Both the position numbers and the translations under genes were made by a program. From a virus (Duplodnaviria > Caudoviricetes), in the IMG/VR virus record IMGVR_UViG_3300046678_000067, positions 52,827 through 116,826 of that record: a stretch of 64,000 nucleotides of DNA. The stretch is one strand, 5' to 3'. Under the pieces are notes generated by a model, which had not been told where the DNA came from, ran no database searches, and saw only the letters and a program-made list of their open reading frames with translations. Shown one piece after another: positions 1 through 7,966 of this stretch; the first letter of the stretch is position 1; every line of letters begins with the position of its first letter.

Positions 1-902
1 ACGGTTTCGATATTCGCATCAAGCTTCAAGACAACGTTGCTTACTTCAATATTCTGGATGTAGCCTACGCAGCTGAATTCTCACGAGCAAGTTCGCTTCG
101 CTATCATACAAAAGGCAAGCGCCGTGAAACGGTAATCGACGGTGCAATCTACCTGACCGTCAAGTCGATGAATAAGGTTGCCAAGGACGCGATCAAGACT
201 CCTGGTATGAAGCTGTTTGCCGATTGGGCCAAAACGACGCAAGTTGATTTGATCTTCGAAGCGAACAAGCCTAAGTCAGTTGCTGCTCCAGGATTCCAAC
301 TTTGCGTACAAGACTATACTTCTCAAAAGGGATTCCAGAGCAAGACTTCTAAGAAGAAAGTCAAGCTTGGTGTTGTGACTACGCCTGATATTGTTAAGGC
401 AGCCATCGTTACTGAGAAGTTGTATGGTATCAAGGAAGCGGCAATTCAACTGGGTATGACTGCTCAGCAACTATCGAATTGGCTTGTCTCTGAAGGCTAT
501 GCCAGCCGTTACAAGGGTAACAACGCGCTGTACTGGAACGCTTGGTTTAAGACCCAAGGTTACGGCAAGCGCCCGGTCATTACTGATCATAAGGGTCAAC
601 GCGAATCTAACGTGGCCAAGTTCACTGCTAAGGGCCTGGAGTTCGTTAAGGCTCGACTGGATTCTCAACGTGAATCGAATGTGCTTTCGTTCGCGTCTAA
701 AGAATCTAACGAACGCGTTAAGTTGGAGTCTGAGATCGACGCTCTGATCAAGAATACTTTCAAGGGCGTCAAGACTCAAAAGGAATACAGTGCATTGCTA
801 GGTATCTTCGATGCGGAATACTTCATGAAAGAAGCAGTTCTGATCAAGGGTGTCAAGGCAATCCTGGCCGAAGTTAAACTGAAGGAAAAGGCGAATGTCT
901 GA
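1..902 (+). CDS. Bro-N / antirepressor (KilAC-like) DNA-binding protein, 5'-truncated by window edge
   Basis: Frame is open from position 3 (GFDIRIKLQDNVAYFNILDVAY..., Bro-N-like). C-terminal GIKEAAIQLGMTAQQLSNWL...AKFTAKGLEFV resembles ANT/KilAC. Confidence 0.6.
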   Translation, partial: GFDIRIKLQDNVAYFNILDVAYAAEFSRASSLRYHTKGKRRETVIDGAIYLTVKSMNKVAKDAIKTPGMKLFADWAKTTQVDLIFEANKPKSVAAPGFQLCVQDYTSQKGFQSKTSKKKVKLGVVTTPDIVKAAIVTEKLYGIKEAAIQLGMTAQQLSNWLVSEGYASRYKGNNALYWNAWFKTQGYGKRPVITDHKGQRESNVAKFTAKGLEFVKARLDSQRESNVLSFASKESNERVKLESEIDALIKNTFKGVKTQKEYSALLGIFDAEYFMKEAVLIKGVKAILAEVKLKEKANV

Positions 903-1338
903 TTTCAAGGAAATGTCGTATGAAGAAATTGAAGGTGAGGTTGATAAGCTACTTACTATCAATCCTGATGACCTCGATGGAGAAGCCCTGCGAGGACCCA
1001 AAATTTTTACCTCGCTCAACCGTATCTATATCCAGAAGTCCCGACGACTCTCTGAATTGCTCACCGGTCTCCACAAGCTTGAGCATAAAAAGAACAGATA
1101 CTACGGCGGTAAAGACACAGCTGAGTCCTACCGCAAAGAGCCTCTGACCGAAGCGATTCTCAAGACTGATATTCCTAGCTATATGAATATCGACCCGCTG
1201 GTTGTTGAAATGCGGGAGCTTGTGAAGGAAGCCGAACGGATCGTCAAGTTTCTTGAAGACGCTAAGGGTCAGTTGCGCCAGCGCGGGTTCGACATCAAGA
1301 ACGCGCTGGAATTCCGTAAAATGATGTTGGGTCTATGA
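895..1338 (+). CDS. uvsY: Recombination mediator UvsY
   Basis: 147 aa helical protein with YYGGK...Y...P and QRGFDIKNALEFRK C-terminal motif typical of T4-like UvsY. Confidence 0.85.
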   Translation: MSDFKEMSYEEIEGEVDKLLTINPDDLDGEALRGPKIFTSLNRIYIQKSRRLSELLTGLHKLEHKKNRYYGGKDTAESYRKEPLTEAILKTDIPSYMNIDPLVVEMRELVKEAERIVKFLEDAKGQLRQRGFDIKNALEFRKMMLGL

Positions 1339-1529
1339 CACCAGTCACAGCGGCTATGGTTGCCAAGTTGAGACAAGAGACTAGCGAAACAATGATGGAT
1401 TGTAAGAAGTATCTTGTCCAATTCGAAGGCGACTTTGATGCCGCCTTGAAGTATATTCAAACAACGCCTTATCATATGCGTCGTAGTGCAAGACTAGACG
1501 GTAAGCGTTGCCCTTGTTGCGGGAAATAG
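1335..1529 (+). CDS. Small protein resembling the EF-Ts N-terminal (UBA-like) domain
   Basis: VTAAMVAKLRQETSETMMDCKKYLVQFEGDFDAALKYI matches the EF-Ts N-terminal pattern ITAxMVKELRExTGAGMMDCKKAL.ExxGDxExA. Confidence 0.7.
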   Translation: MTPVTAAMVAKLRQETSETMMDCKKYLVQFEGDFDAALKYIQTTPYHMRRSARLDGKRCPCCGK

Positions 1530-1536
1530 GAGATTA

Positions 1537-2079
1537 ATGAAGTATAGCGTCATTCCGGGTTCCGGTGATGCAGAGTTGATCGTAGTGCGTGGACTTCCCG
1601 GTTCTGGAAAGTCCTCATTCGCCAAGACTCTGACGGATACCCTTGTTATTGAATCAGACATGTGGTGGTATCGTAATCCTCAACTAGAATATCAATTCGA
1701 TTTCGACCTTCTGAGCCGCGCTCATCGCTGGGCTTTGCAGTCGGCAGAAGCGTTCTTGGCTGACGGTCGATGCGTTGCAGTAGCAAATACAAACCTGACT
1801 TTCCGTGAAGCTAAAGGCTATGTTGCTTTTGCCAAGGCTATCGGTTGCCCTATTTCCGTCTATACGATGGATAAGGGAGTCAACTATGGAAGCATCCACG
1901 GCGTACCGAAAGAAGTGATGGTACGGATGCACAATAAGATGGAATCACACGAAGTATTCATGGAGAAAGCAATTGCTTATCAACCCGACGGAACTGAAGG
2001 AATTTGTCGAGACAAACCCCAAGCTGGTCTCTCGGAAGGAGTCCAAGCGGCATCCGGGTCTGTTCGTACTGAAGTATAA
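1537..2079 (+). CDS. P-loop kinase (AAA_33 / polynucleotide-kinase-like)
   Basis: LIVVRGLPGSGKS Walker A, VAVANTN, HGVP...RM motifs. Confidence 0.75.
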   Translation: MKYSVIPGSGDAELIVVRGLPGSGKSSFAKTLTDTLVIESDMWWYRNPQLEYQFDFDLLSRAHRWALQSAEAFLADGRCVAVANTNLTFREAKGYVAFAKAIGCPISVYTMDKGVNYGSIHGVPKEVMVRMHNKMESHEVFMEKAIAYQPDGTEGICRDKPQAGLSEGVQAASGSVRTEV

Positions 2080-2896
2080 GAACAACGTATTCTATGATAA
2101 CCTTTGGCACCTCAGCCCGTTTCTGAATAAGTGCCGAGGATTGGTTGTAGATAAAGACTACAACGTTATCATCAAACCGTTTACAAAGGTATTCAATCAT
2201 CATGAGAATGGGACGGACATTGATCGGGACGAGCTTTGCACTGTTGTCCGCAAGGTCAATGGCTTCATGGGCGTCGCAACTTATGCTCCGAGTTTTTCTG
2301 ATGACATCATTTACTCTACTACTGGCAGTCTTGACAGTGACTATGTCGATTTGGTTAAGAAGCATGTAGCTCAGTATGAGGATCGGATTAAGTCTTGCGG
2401 TCCATGCACCTTCATCTTTGAGATTTGCGACGAAACCGATCCGCATATCATCAAGGAAGAATTCGGAGCTTGGTTGATCGGCGGTTCAGTATATCACAAC
2501 GATCAATCTTATCCGGTGTTGGAGAGCGTACTAGATCATTTGGCATATCACTGGGAATGTAAGCGCCCTGAGCATCACCCTTGTCTGAGATTCTCAGAAG
2601 TGGTAAAGATGGCCAAGGAATGTAAACACGAAGGTTATATGGTCTATGGTAGGTTTTCAGGCACGTCTCTGAAGATCAAATCGCCATATTACCTGGTAAC
2701 TAAATTCCTTGCTCGTGCAGGAGAAAAGAAATTGCTTGAAGGTGTCCTCTCGGAGAACCGTTATCAGGCAATGCAGAAATTTGATGAAGAGTTCTATCCG
2801 TTGCTAGGGTTTCTGTTTGCCCACAAGGAAGAATTCTTGACCCTAGATGAACAAGCCCGAATCAATATCATTCGAGGCTATTTGGAGGATAAATGA
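1973..2896 (+). CDS. rnlA: RNA ligase 1 (T4 RnlA-like)
   Basis: LKY, CRGLV, KPFTKVFN, motif I KVNG, TFIFEI, EGYMV, KIKSPYY. Confidence 0.8.
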   Translation: MLINPTELKEFVETNPKLVSRKESKRHPGLFVLKYKNNVFYDNLWHLSPFLNKCRGLVVDKDYNVIIKPFTKVFNHHENGTDIDRDELCTVVRKVNGFMGVATYAPSFSDDIIYSTTGSLDSDYVDLVKKHVAQYEDRIKSCGPCTFIFEICDETDPHIIKEEFGAWLIGGSVYHNDQSYPVLESVLDHLAYHWECKRPEHHPCLRFSEVVKMAKECKHEGYMVYGRFSGTSLKIKSPYYLVTKFLARAGEKKLLEGVLSENRYQAMQKFDEEFYPLLGFLFAHKEEFLTLDEQARINIIRGYLEDK

Positions 2897-3438
2897 ATTT
2901 GTATGACACTTTCTTTACCAGCGATACGCATTATTACCATAAGCGTATTCAAGAGTTTTGCCCTGATACGCGGGCTGGTAAGGATGCAGAAGAAATGACT
3001 GAGATCATGATCGACAACTGGAATAAGGTTGTTAAGCCTCATGATCGGGTTTACCACTTGGGTGACTTTAGCTTTGGTAGTTATGCAAAGACGGCAGAGG
3101 TTCTTGGACGACTGAACGGCAACATCGAGTTGATTATGGGTAACCATGATGGTAAGACTATCCGTAGTTTGTCTGGATACTTTGCTTCTATGAAGGACTA
3201 CGACCATATCAAAATTGGGGATCAATACCTAGTATTGTGTCACTTCCCTATTGAGAATTGGCGTGAGATGAAACACGGTACAATCCATCTTCACGGACAC
3301 TTGCACGGCGATAGTCACCATGGTGATCGAAAGATTCAAGGTCGCATCGACGTTGGTGTTGATACCCGTAAGGATCGACTCATGACACCATACCACTATG
3401 ACGAAGTTTTGGAGATTGTGAAGAATGGCGGCCATTAA
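2893..3438 (+). CDS. Calcineurin-like metallophosphoesterase
   Basis: SDTH, HLGDF, GNHD, HGHLH motifs. Confidence 0.85.
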   Translation: MNLYDTFFTSDTHYYHKRIQEFCPDTRAGKDAEEMTEIMIDNWNKVVKPHDRVYHLGDFSFGSYAKTAEVLGRLNGNIELIMGNHDGKTIRSLSGYFASMKDYDHIKIGDQYLVLCHFPIENWREMKHGTIHLHGHLHGDSHHGDRKIQGRIDVGVDTRKDRLMTPYHYDEVLEIVKNGGH

Positions 3439-3739
3439 GAAAGTCAAAGTTCCGTTTGATAAAGACGGCAATATGTTACATAAAGATCGCGGTAATGCAG
3501 CACAATATTCAGAAGTGGATGCCCCATTCAGAGAACATATGACTTTCAAGTCTATCCAGCGTTGGTCGTCTAACGTTGTGATATTTGAGAATGGAGTAGG
3601 TAATACTTTCTATATGAGCCAAGGTGAATTCGAGAACAATATCAAGTATATGGTTCGCGGGGTTCTGGAAGGTAGGTTTTACTTCCATAAGCAAGGCCAG
3701 TATTTTAGTTTGAAGTATATCCCAGATGCCGTCATTTGA
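3425..3739 (+). CDS. Hypothetical protein
   Basis: ORF overlapping both neighbours in operon. Confidence 0.6.
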   Translation: MAAIKKVKVPFDKDGNMLHKDRGNAAQYSEVDAPFREHMTFKSIQRWSSNVVIFENGVGNTFYMSQGEFENNIKYMVRGVLEGRFYFHKQGQYFSLKYIPDAVI

Positions 3740-4484
3740 TCTGGTAAAGGCTAGAAAGAATAGCGCTGATAAGCAGTTTCGGCAGCGCTTTCTAGAGGAA
3801 TACGATTGCTACAATATTGACTCTCCTACAGGACGCTTATATGTTACGCCAGACGGTAGCCGTTTTCCATCGGTTACTACCTTTCTCGGTTCTCTTGAGA
3901 AGGATGATGGCTGGTTTGAAAGGTGGGCTGAGAAGCTAGGAGGTATTGATAAGGCTAATGCTGAATCTGAGCGATGCGCTACGCGCGGAACCGGGGTTCA
4001 CTTGGCCTTAGAATATCTTCTCAAGAACAACCCAAAGCCTGAAGAGGCAGGTGATTATCAATTCATGTATCGTCAGATTGAACGTGTAATGCGTATTCAC
4101 GTCGATGATATCTATGGGTTGGAACTGCCGATGTGGTCTAAGAAGATGGGTCTTGCAGGTCGGGTAGACTGCATTGCCAAATACAAAGGCGAGTTGGCCA
4201 TCATCGACTTTAAGACTGCGACGAAAGAGAAGCTGGCTAAGTTTATTACCAACTACTTCCTTCAAGCTACATGCTATTCGATTATGCTTGAGGAGCTATA
4301 CGGTTTGAAAGCCGAGAAGCTAGTCATCATTATCTCTGTTGAGCAAGCGGCTGAAGCTCAAGTCTTTGTTAGGGATCGCCGCGACTATATGGTTTTGCTT
4401 GCTGAGAAGATCAAGGAATTCCGTGTGATCCAGTCAGAGAAAGAAGCTAAGAAATCAGATGATCTTTTCGCTATGTTCGCATAG
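3726..4484 (+). CDS. PD-(D/E)XK exonuclease (Cas4-like phage exonuclease)
   Basis: FPSVTT, RGTGVH, AGRVDCI, IIDFKT, YFLQATCY motifs. Confidence 0.85.
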   Translation: MPSFDLVKARKNSADKQFRQRFLEEYDCYNIDSPTGRLYVTPDGSRFPSVTTFLGSLEKDDGWFERWAEKLGGIDKANAESERCATRGTGVHLALEYLLKNNPKPEEAGDYQFMYRQIERVMRIHVDDIYGLELPMWSKKMGLAGRVDCIAKYKGELAIIDFKTATKEKLAKFITNYFLQATCYSIMLEELYGLKAEKLVIIISVEQAAEAQVFVRDRRDYMVLLAEKIKEFRVIQSEKEAKKSDDLFAMFA

Positions 4485-4496
4485 TTAGGGTATAAT
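4478..4496 (+). promoter_or_regulatory. Promoter with TATAAT -10 (CGCATAGTTAGGGTATAAT)
   Basis: Near-identical to CGCATATTAGGGTATAAT at 12670-12687; both lie upstream of gene starts. Confidence 0.5.
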
Positions 4497-4527
4497 CTCT
4501 TTATCGAAACTTACATAGTTAAATGAT

Positions 4528-5010
4528 ATGCCGATAGTTAAAACTGTAAAGGGCGATTTGCTGAAGATGTTCAAGGATGGAGAATTCGATGCCATCGCCC
4601 ACGGCTGTAACTGTTTCCATACGATGGGATCGGGAATTGCTGGACAGATCTCAAAGCAATTCCCTATCGCTCTGGAAGCGGATAAGAAACAGACGTTGAT
4701 GGGTAACGTCAAGAAGTTGGGTGACTACACCCGCGCATATACGAATCACGGATGGATCATCAATGCGTATACGCAATATCATCCGGGTTATTCGACAGAA
4801 GATGTTCTATATCCGGCCATTGAAAGTGTTTTCACCCGGATAAACAAGTATGTCGCACCTATGCTCGAATTTGTATCAGACACTGATCTTAATTTGGGAA
4901 TTCCTAAAATTGGCGCGGGAATTGCTGGTGGAGATTGGAACCGTATTGAAGGAATTATTAACCGTGTTAGCCCAAGGCTATCCATAACCCTGGTGGAATG
5001 GGACCGGTAA
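4528..5010 (+). CDS. Macrodomain (ADP-ribose binding/hydrolase, T4 Tk.4-like)
   Basis: VKGDL, AHGCNCFHTMGSGIA, INAYTQ, PKIGAGIAGGDW. Confidence 0.85.
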   Translation: MPIVKTVKGDLLKMFKDGEFDAIAHGCNCFHTMGSGIAGQISKQFPIALEADKKQTLMGNVKKLGDYTRAYTNHGWIINAYTQYHPGYSTEDVLYPAIESVFTRINKYVAPMLEFVSDTDLNLGIPKIGAGIAGGDWNRIEGIINRVSPRLSITLVEWDR

Positions 5011-5027
5011 GATTCAGATGTAAATGC

Positions 5028-5056
5028 TTTACTTTCGCATACTATGCGGATATAAT
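5028..5056 (+). promoter_or_regulatory. Early sigma70-type promoter TTTACT-N17-TATAAT
   Basis: Same consensus recurs at 49610, 49423(-), 56419 and 61442. Confidence 0.75.
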
Positions 5057-5074
5057 AGATGTAAGTTAAACGAT

Positions 5075-5151
5075 GCGCCGGTAGCTCAACCGGATAGAGC
5101 AGGGGATTTCTACTCCCCAGGTTGAGGGTTCGAATCCTTTCCGGCGCGCCA
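5075..5151 (+). tRNA. tRNA-Arg(TCT)
   Basis: Cloverleaf; GGGGA-TTTCTAC-TCCCC anticodon arm; GGTTCGAATCC; CCA. Confidence 0.93.
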
Positions 5152-5205
5152 TAAAGTTGCGCAAAAGCTGAGTTAGTATGGTATAGATACATATTGACTT
5201 GGTAC

Positions 5206-5277
5206 TGTTCTGAGGTGTATTGGAGTGCACACCGCCCTTTAAAGGCGGAAGATTTGGTTCGATTCCGAACAGAACAA
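5206..5277 (+). tRNA. tRNA with TTA anticodon (ochre-suppressor-like, or mutated Lys)
   Basis: Acceptor TGTTCTG/CAGAACA; anticodon arm CCGCC-CTTTAAA-GGCGG; T arm TTTGG-TTCGATT-CCGAA; no encoded CCA. Confidence 0.7.
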
Positions 5278-5293
5278 CTTAACAATAAGAGGT

Positions 5294-5743
5294 GTGATGA
5301 ATGAGTTAATTTGTATTAAGGGTTTTCCGGCCTATCATTTGGAAACCGAAACCCTTAAGGTTATTTCGTATCACAAGTCTCACGAGGGCAAATATCGCTC
5401 TCTGGAATTTAATGATCGCGGTCAGCACGGCTATACGCTGTATAACAACGGTCATAAAGAATGGTTCTCTCTTGAAAAACTCCGTGGCTCTGTTGAGCTG
5501 CACAAAATTAAAGGAATGGTTGTTCCGATGAAAGATAATGTTCTGAAAAGCGGTTACTGGATCGTTGGTTCGATTAGCAAGAGCACCGGCGCGTTCTCGG
5601 CAGCTTCAAATCCGAAGCCGCATTCTACTGAATCTGAAGCGCGTGCTGAAGCAGGTCGTCTGGCATCGCTTGATTCGAGCAAGAAGTTTACTTGGCTGCG
5701 AATCGGCGGTATGGCTTCGGCAGTTGGTATCGTCTACGAATGA
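5294..5743 (+). CDS. Hypothetical protein
   Basis: ORF with GAGG SD. Confidence 0.7.
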   Translation: MMNELICIKGFPAYHLETETLKVISYHKSHEGKYRSLEFNDRGQHGYTLYNNGHKEWFSLEKLRGSVELHKIKGMVVPMKDNVLKSGYWIVGSISKSTGAFSAASNPKPHSTESEARAEAGRLASLDSSKKFTWLRIGGMASAVGIVYE

Positions 5744-5979
5744 GTTTCAATCTTTCGAAGGATGCGGCTCCGATATCAAATACCTCTGTTACTGTTCCGC
5801 TAACTTTGGATGTATTGAAGTTGGTTGAGAAGACTGTAACAGATGTGTTGTCCTGCGTCTCTAATTCATTCCACTCCAATGGAGTTCTTGCAGAAACTAC
5901 TGCGGTAAAGAATCTGCATATGATCAAGGGTGAGATGGCGGCGTTGAAGAATCTGTTGGCAGCCATCGATAAGACTTAA
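5740..5979 (+). CDS. Hypothetical protein (start MSFNLSK, ATGA overlap)
   Basis: Translational coupling with upstream stop. Confidence 0.55.
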   Translation: MSFNLSKDAAPISNTSVTVPLTLDVLKLVEKTVTDVLSCVSNSFHSNGVLAETTAVKNLHMIKGEMAALKNLLAAIDKT

Positions 5980-5998
5980 TAAAAGTTCAAAGGTTAAA

Positions 5999-6391
5999 AT
6001 GAAGAAGATTTTCCTTGCGGCTCTGGTTGCTCTTTCGTTGGCTGCTTGCCACGATAATAACTATCCTCAGTATCAAACTCAGGCTCCTGCCGTTGTGGCT
6101 CCGCCCGCTGTAGTCGTGGCCCAGCAACCTAGCGGGAATGGTGGAGTTCTCACCGGAGCACTGCTAGGCGGGGCTGCTGGATTTATGGCTGGTAAGCTAT
6201 CTAACCGTGGTGCCGCAGCCGCTCCTGCGCCCGTTTATCATGTTACGAACGTGACCCAGAACGTCACGAAGAAAGTATATGTGAATAAGCCCGCTGCCGC
6301 GCCGGTTGTCGCTGCTCCCGCTCCTAAGCTGTCGTTGTCGAAGCCGGTTAAGACCAGCTCATCGTTCGGCGGATTTAATAAACGTAAGTGA
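5999..6391 (+). CDS. Pro/Ala-rich lipoprotein
   Basis: Signal peptide with lipobox LAAC; glycine-zipper-like GALLGGAAGF segment. Confidence 0.7.
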   Translation: MKKIFLAALVALSLAACHDNNYPQYQTQAPAVVAPPAVVVAQQPSGNGGVLTGALLGGAAGFMAGKLSNRGAAAAPAPVYHVTNVTQNVTKKVYVNKPAAAPVVAAPAPKLSLSKPVKTSSSFGGFNKRK

Positions 6392-6438
6392 ATTTTAACT
6401 GGTTTAAGTACCTATACTGAAGAGAAAGAAAGGAAAAT

Positions 6439-7071
6439 ATGAAGATTACTGTAACGCGCGGTTTGGCTGAACTGAAGACCCTTGATGCTCGCATTCAAAA
6501 TGCTATCAGTCAAGGAACCTATGTTGCTGTTGTTCGTGGTAACAAAGAAGTCCCGCTGAACGCTGCGGTTTCGAAGGATGAGCTGGAAAAGAATATCGGC
6601 GCGTCCTTTCAGCAAGTGGGTGACCTGATTAAGCGTCGTGATGCTATCAAGCGTGCGATTATCGTTGCGAATTCGAAAACGGAAGTTTCGATCAGCGGCG
6701 CAAAGATGACGGTTGCCGAAGCGATTGAACGTAAGAGTTCGATCCAGTACACGGAGCGATTCATCAATATGCTGCAAGCTCAGTATAACAACGCTACGGT
6801 TCAGGCTAATAACCAGAACGCGCGTGTTGAGGCTGACGTTGAGAAGCGTGTGATGGCTGCATACGGTAACGACAAAGGCAAGGTTACGGCAGAGCAACAT
6901 GACCTGATTGCTAAGGCAGTCAAGGGTGAGCAAGAAGCCAAGCTTCTGGACCCGAAGAAGATTGTGGAGCAGATCGCCACGCTTCGTCGTGAGTATGAAG
7001 ATTTTGTGACGGAAGTTGATTTCGTTCTGAGCGAGTCGAATGCTCGGACTGAGATTGAACTGCCCGACTAA
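6439..7071 (+). CDS. Helical coiled-coil protein (resembles DIP1984/DUF6847-like family)
   Basis: 210 aa all-helical; LAELKTLDARI...IKRAIIVANSKT...MTVAEAIERK...VDFVLSESNART; family name from recall only. Confidence 0.6.
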   Translation: MKITVTRGLAELKTLDARIQNAISQGTYVAVVRGNKEVPLNAAVSKDELEKNIGASFQQVGDLIKRRDAIKRAIIVANSKTEVSISGAKMTVAEAIERKSSIQYTERFINMLQAQYNNATVQANNQNARVEADVEKRVMAAYGNDKGKVTAEQHDLIAKAVKGEQEAKLLDPKKIVEQIATLRREYEDFVTEVDFVLSESNARTEIELPD

Positions 7072-7088
7072 GTAGTTTTGTAGGAAAA

Positions 7089-7404
7089 CTGAACTCATGG
7101 TACGCTGAACGCTTCAAAACTTTCGGCGTCCCTTCTCGCTTGGACGTAAAACCGCGAGAGCCAAAATCTACGATACTTGAATTTGCGAACCTATTATCCT
7201 CGCAAGGACAATTTGCCCCATAGGGGCTCCATTGTTAAAGTTCAAAGATTAAAGCTAAAGATTCAAAGATTAAATTTCTAAAGTTTAAGTCTCAACTTTC
7301 AAGATATTAAGTCTTAACGATTCTTTAAATCCTGGGTATGGTGTTGTGGGTGATCATTGAATTGACCCCGAGGTGTGCCCCAGGCTGGCGTGTCATGAGT
7401 TCGG
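7089..7404 (+). ncRNA. Putative ~316-nt structured ncRNA with internal A-rich repeat tract
   Basis: 7089-7107 pairs with 7386-7404 (19 bp, including G-U pairs); internal hairpins; no ORF; CTAAGTA late-promoter motif at 7068-7074. Confidence 0.7.
7237..7330 (+). repeat. ~12 imperfect tandem 6-8 nt units, consensus (A)AAGNTY
   Basis: AAAGTTC AAAGATT AAAGCT AAAGATTC AAAGATT AAATTTCT AAAGTTT AAGTCTC AACTTTC AAGATATT AAGTCTT AACGATT. Confidence 0.85.
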
Positions 7405-7467
7405 CTGATTGAATATATTCAAACGAGTGTATTCAACAAGCTAACGTTAAACTACAAACAGGTAATT

Positions 7468-7656
7468 ATGTCTCGTCAAAGTAAGAATGTGAAGAAGCGC
7501 GCAGAAGCAAAGCAGATCACCGCGATGCACAAGAAGGGCGAAAAGGGTCCGAAGCAAACCAAGGCTGTACACGGTAAAGACCCTGCGAAGCGTCTGTATA
7601 CGAAGTTGAAGCGCGGCCCGAATGATACGTCGCGTGAGAAGGCAAAGACTAAGTAG
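7468..7656 (+). CDS. Small, highly basic protein
   Basis: 62 aa Lys/Arg-rich ORF with phage-like codon usage. Confidence 0.65.
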   Translation: MSRQSKNVKKRAEAKQITAMHKKGEKGPKQTKAVHGKDPAKRLYTKLKRGPNDTSREKAKTK

Positions 7657-7665
7657 TTTTACTGA

Positions 7666-7749
7666 GGATAGGTTGCTGAGTGGTCAAAAGCGCCGGATTG
7701 CAAACCCGGTTCGAAAGATTCGTGGGTTCGAATCCCTCTCTATCCTCCA
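7666..7749 (+). tRNA. tRNA-Cys(GCA), enlarged variable loop
   Basis: GGATAGG/TCTATCC acceptor; loop TTGCAAA; U73; CCA. Confidence 0.85.
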
Positions 7750-7751
7750 AT

Positions 7752-7827
7752 CGAGAAGTAGCTCAGTCGGTAGAGCAACGGATTCATATTCCGTGTGTCG
7801 GCGGTTCGATCCCGCCTTTCTCGACCA
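7752..7827 (+). tRNA. tRNA-CAT (Met or Ile2)
   Basis: ACGGA-TTCATAT-TCCGT; CCA. Confidence 0.9.
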
Positions 7828-7832
7828 AATCT

Positions 7833-7961
7833 CGGAACTTATCCAAGTGGTAAGGAAACCCGTGTGTATCGGGAAGTAATGAAATTCAAACGGCGTCGGA
7901 GTACGATACGAGTTGAGTAGTGAAAATGAAATTGCTAGTTCGATTCTAGCAGTTCCGACCA
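7833..7961 (+). ncRNA. tRNA-like RNA with ~55-nt insertion
   Basis: Acceptor CGGAACT/AGTTCCG+ACCA; D loop AAGTGGTAA; T arm GCTAG-TTCGATT-CTAGC; no canonical anticodon loop. Confidence 0.7.
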
Positions 7962-7966
7962 GTTTA

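Noticed and set aside
3726-4484. Cas4 as part of a CRISPR system
   Set aside because: Solo PD-(D/E)XK exonuclease common in T4-like phages; no Fe-S cysteine cluster, array or other cas genes.
7237-7330. CRISPR array or coding microsatellite interpretation of the A-rich repeats
   Set aside because: Units are 6-8 nt, imperfect and contiguous with no spacers; no cas genes; no ORF spans them.
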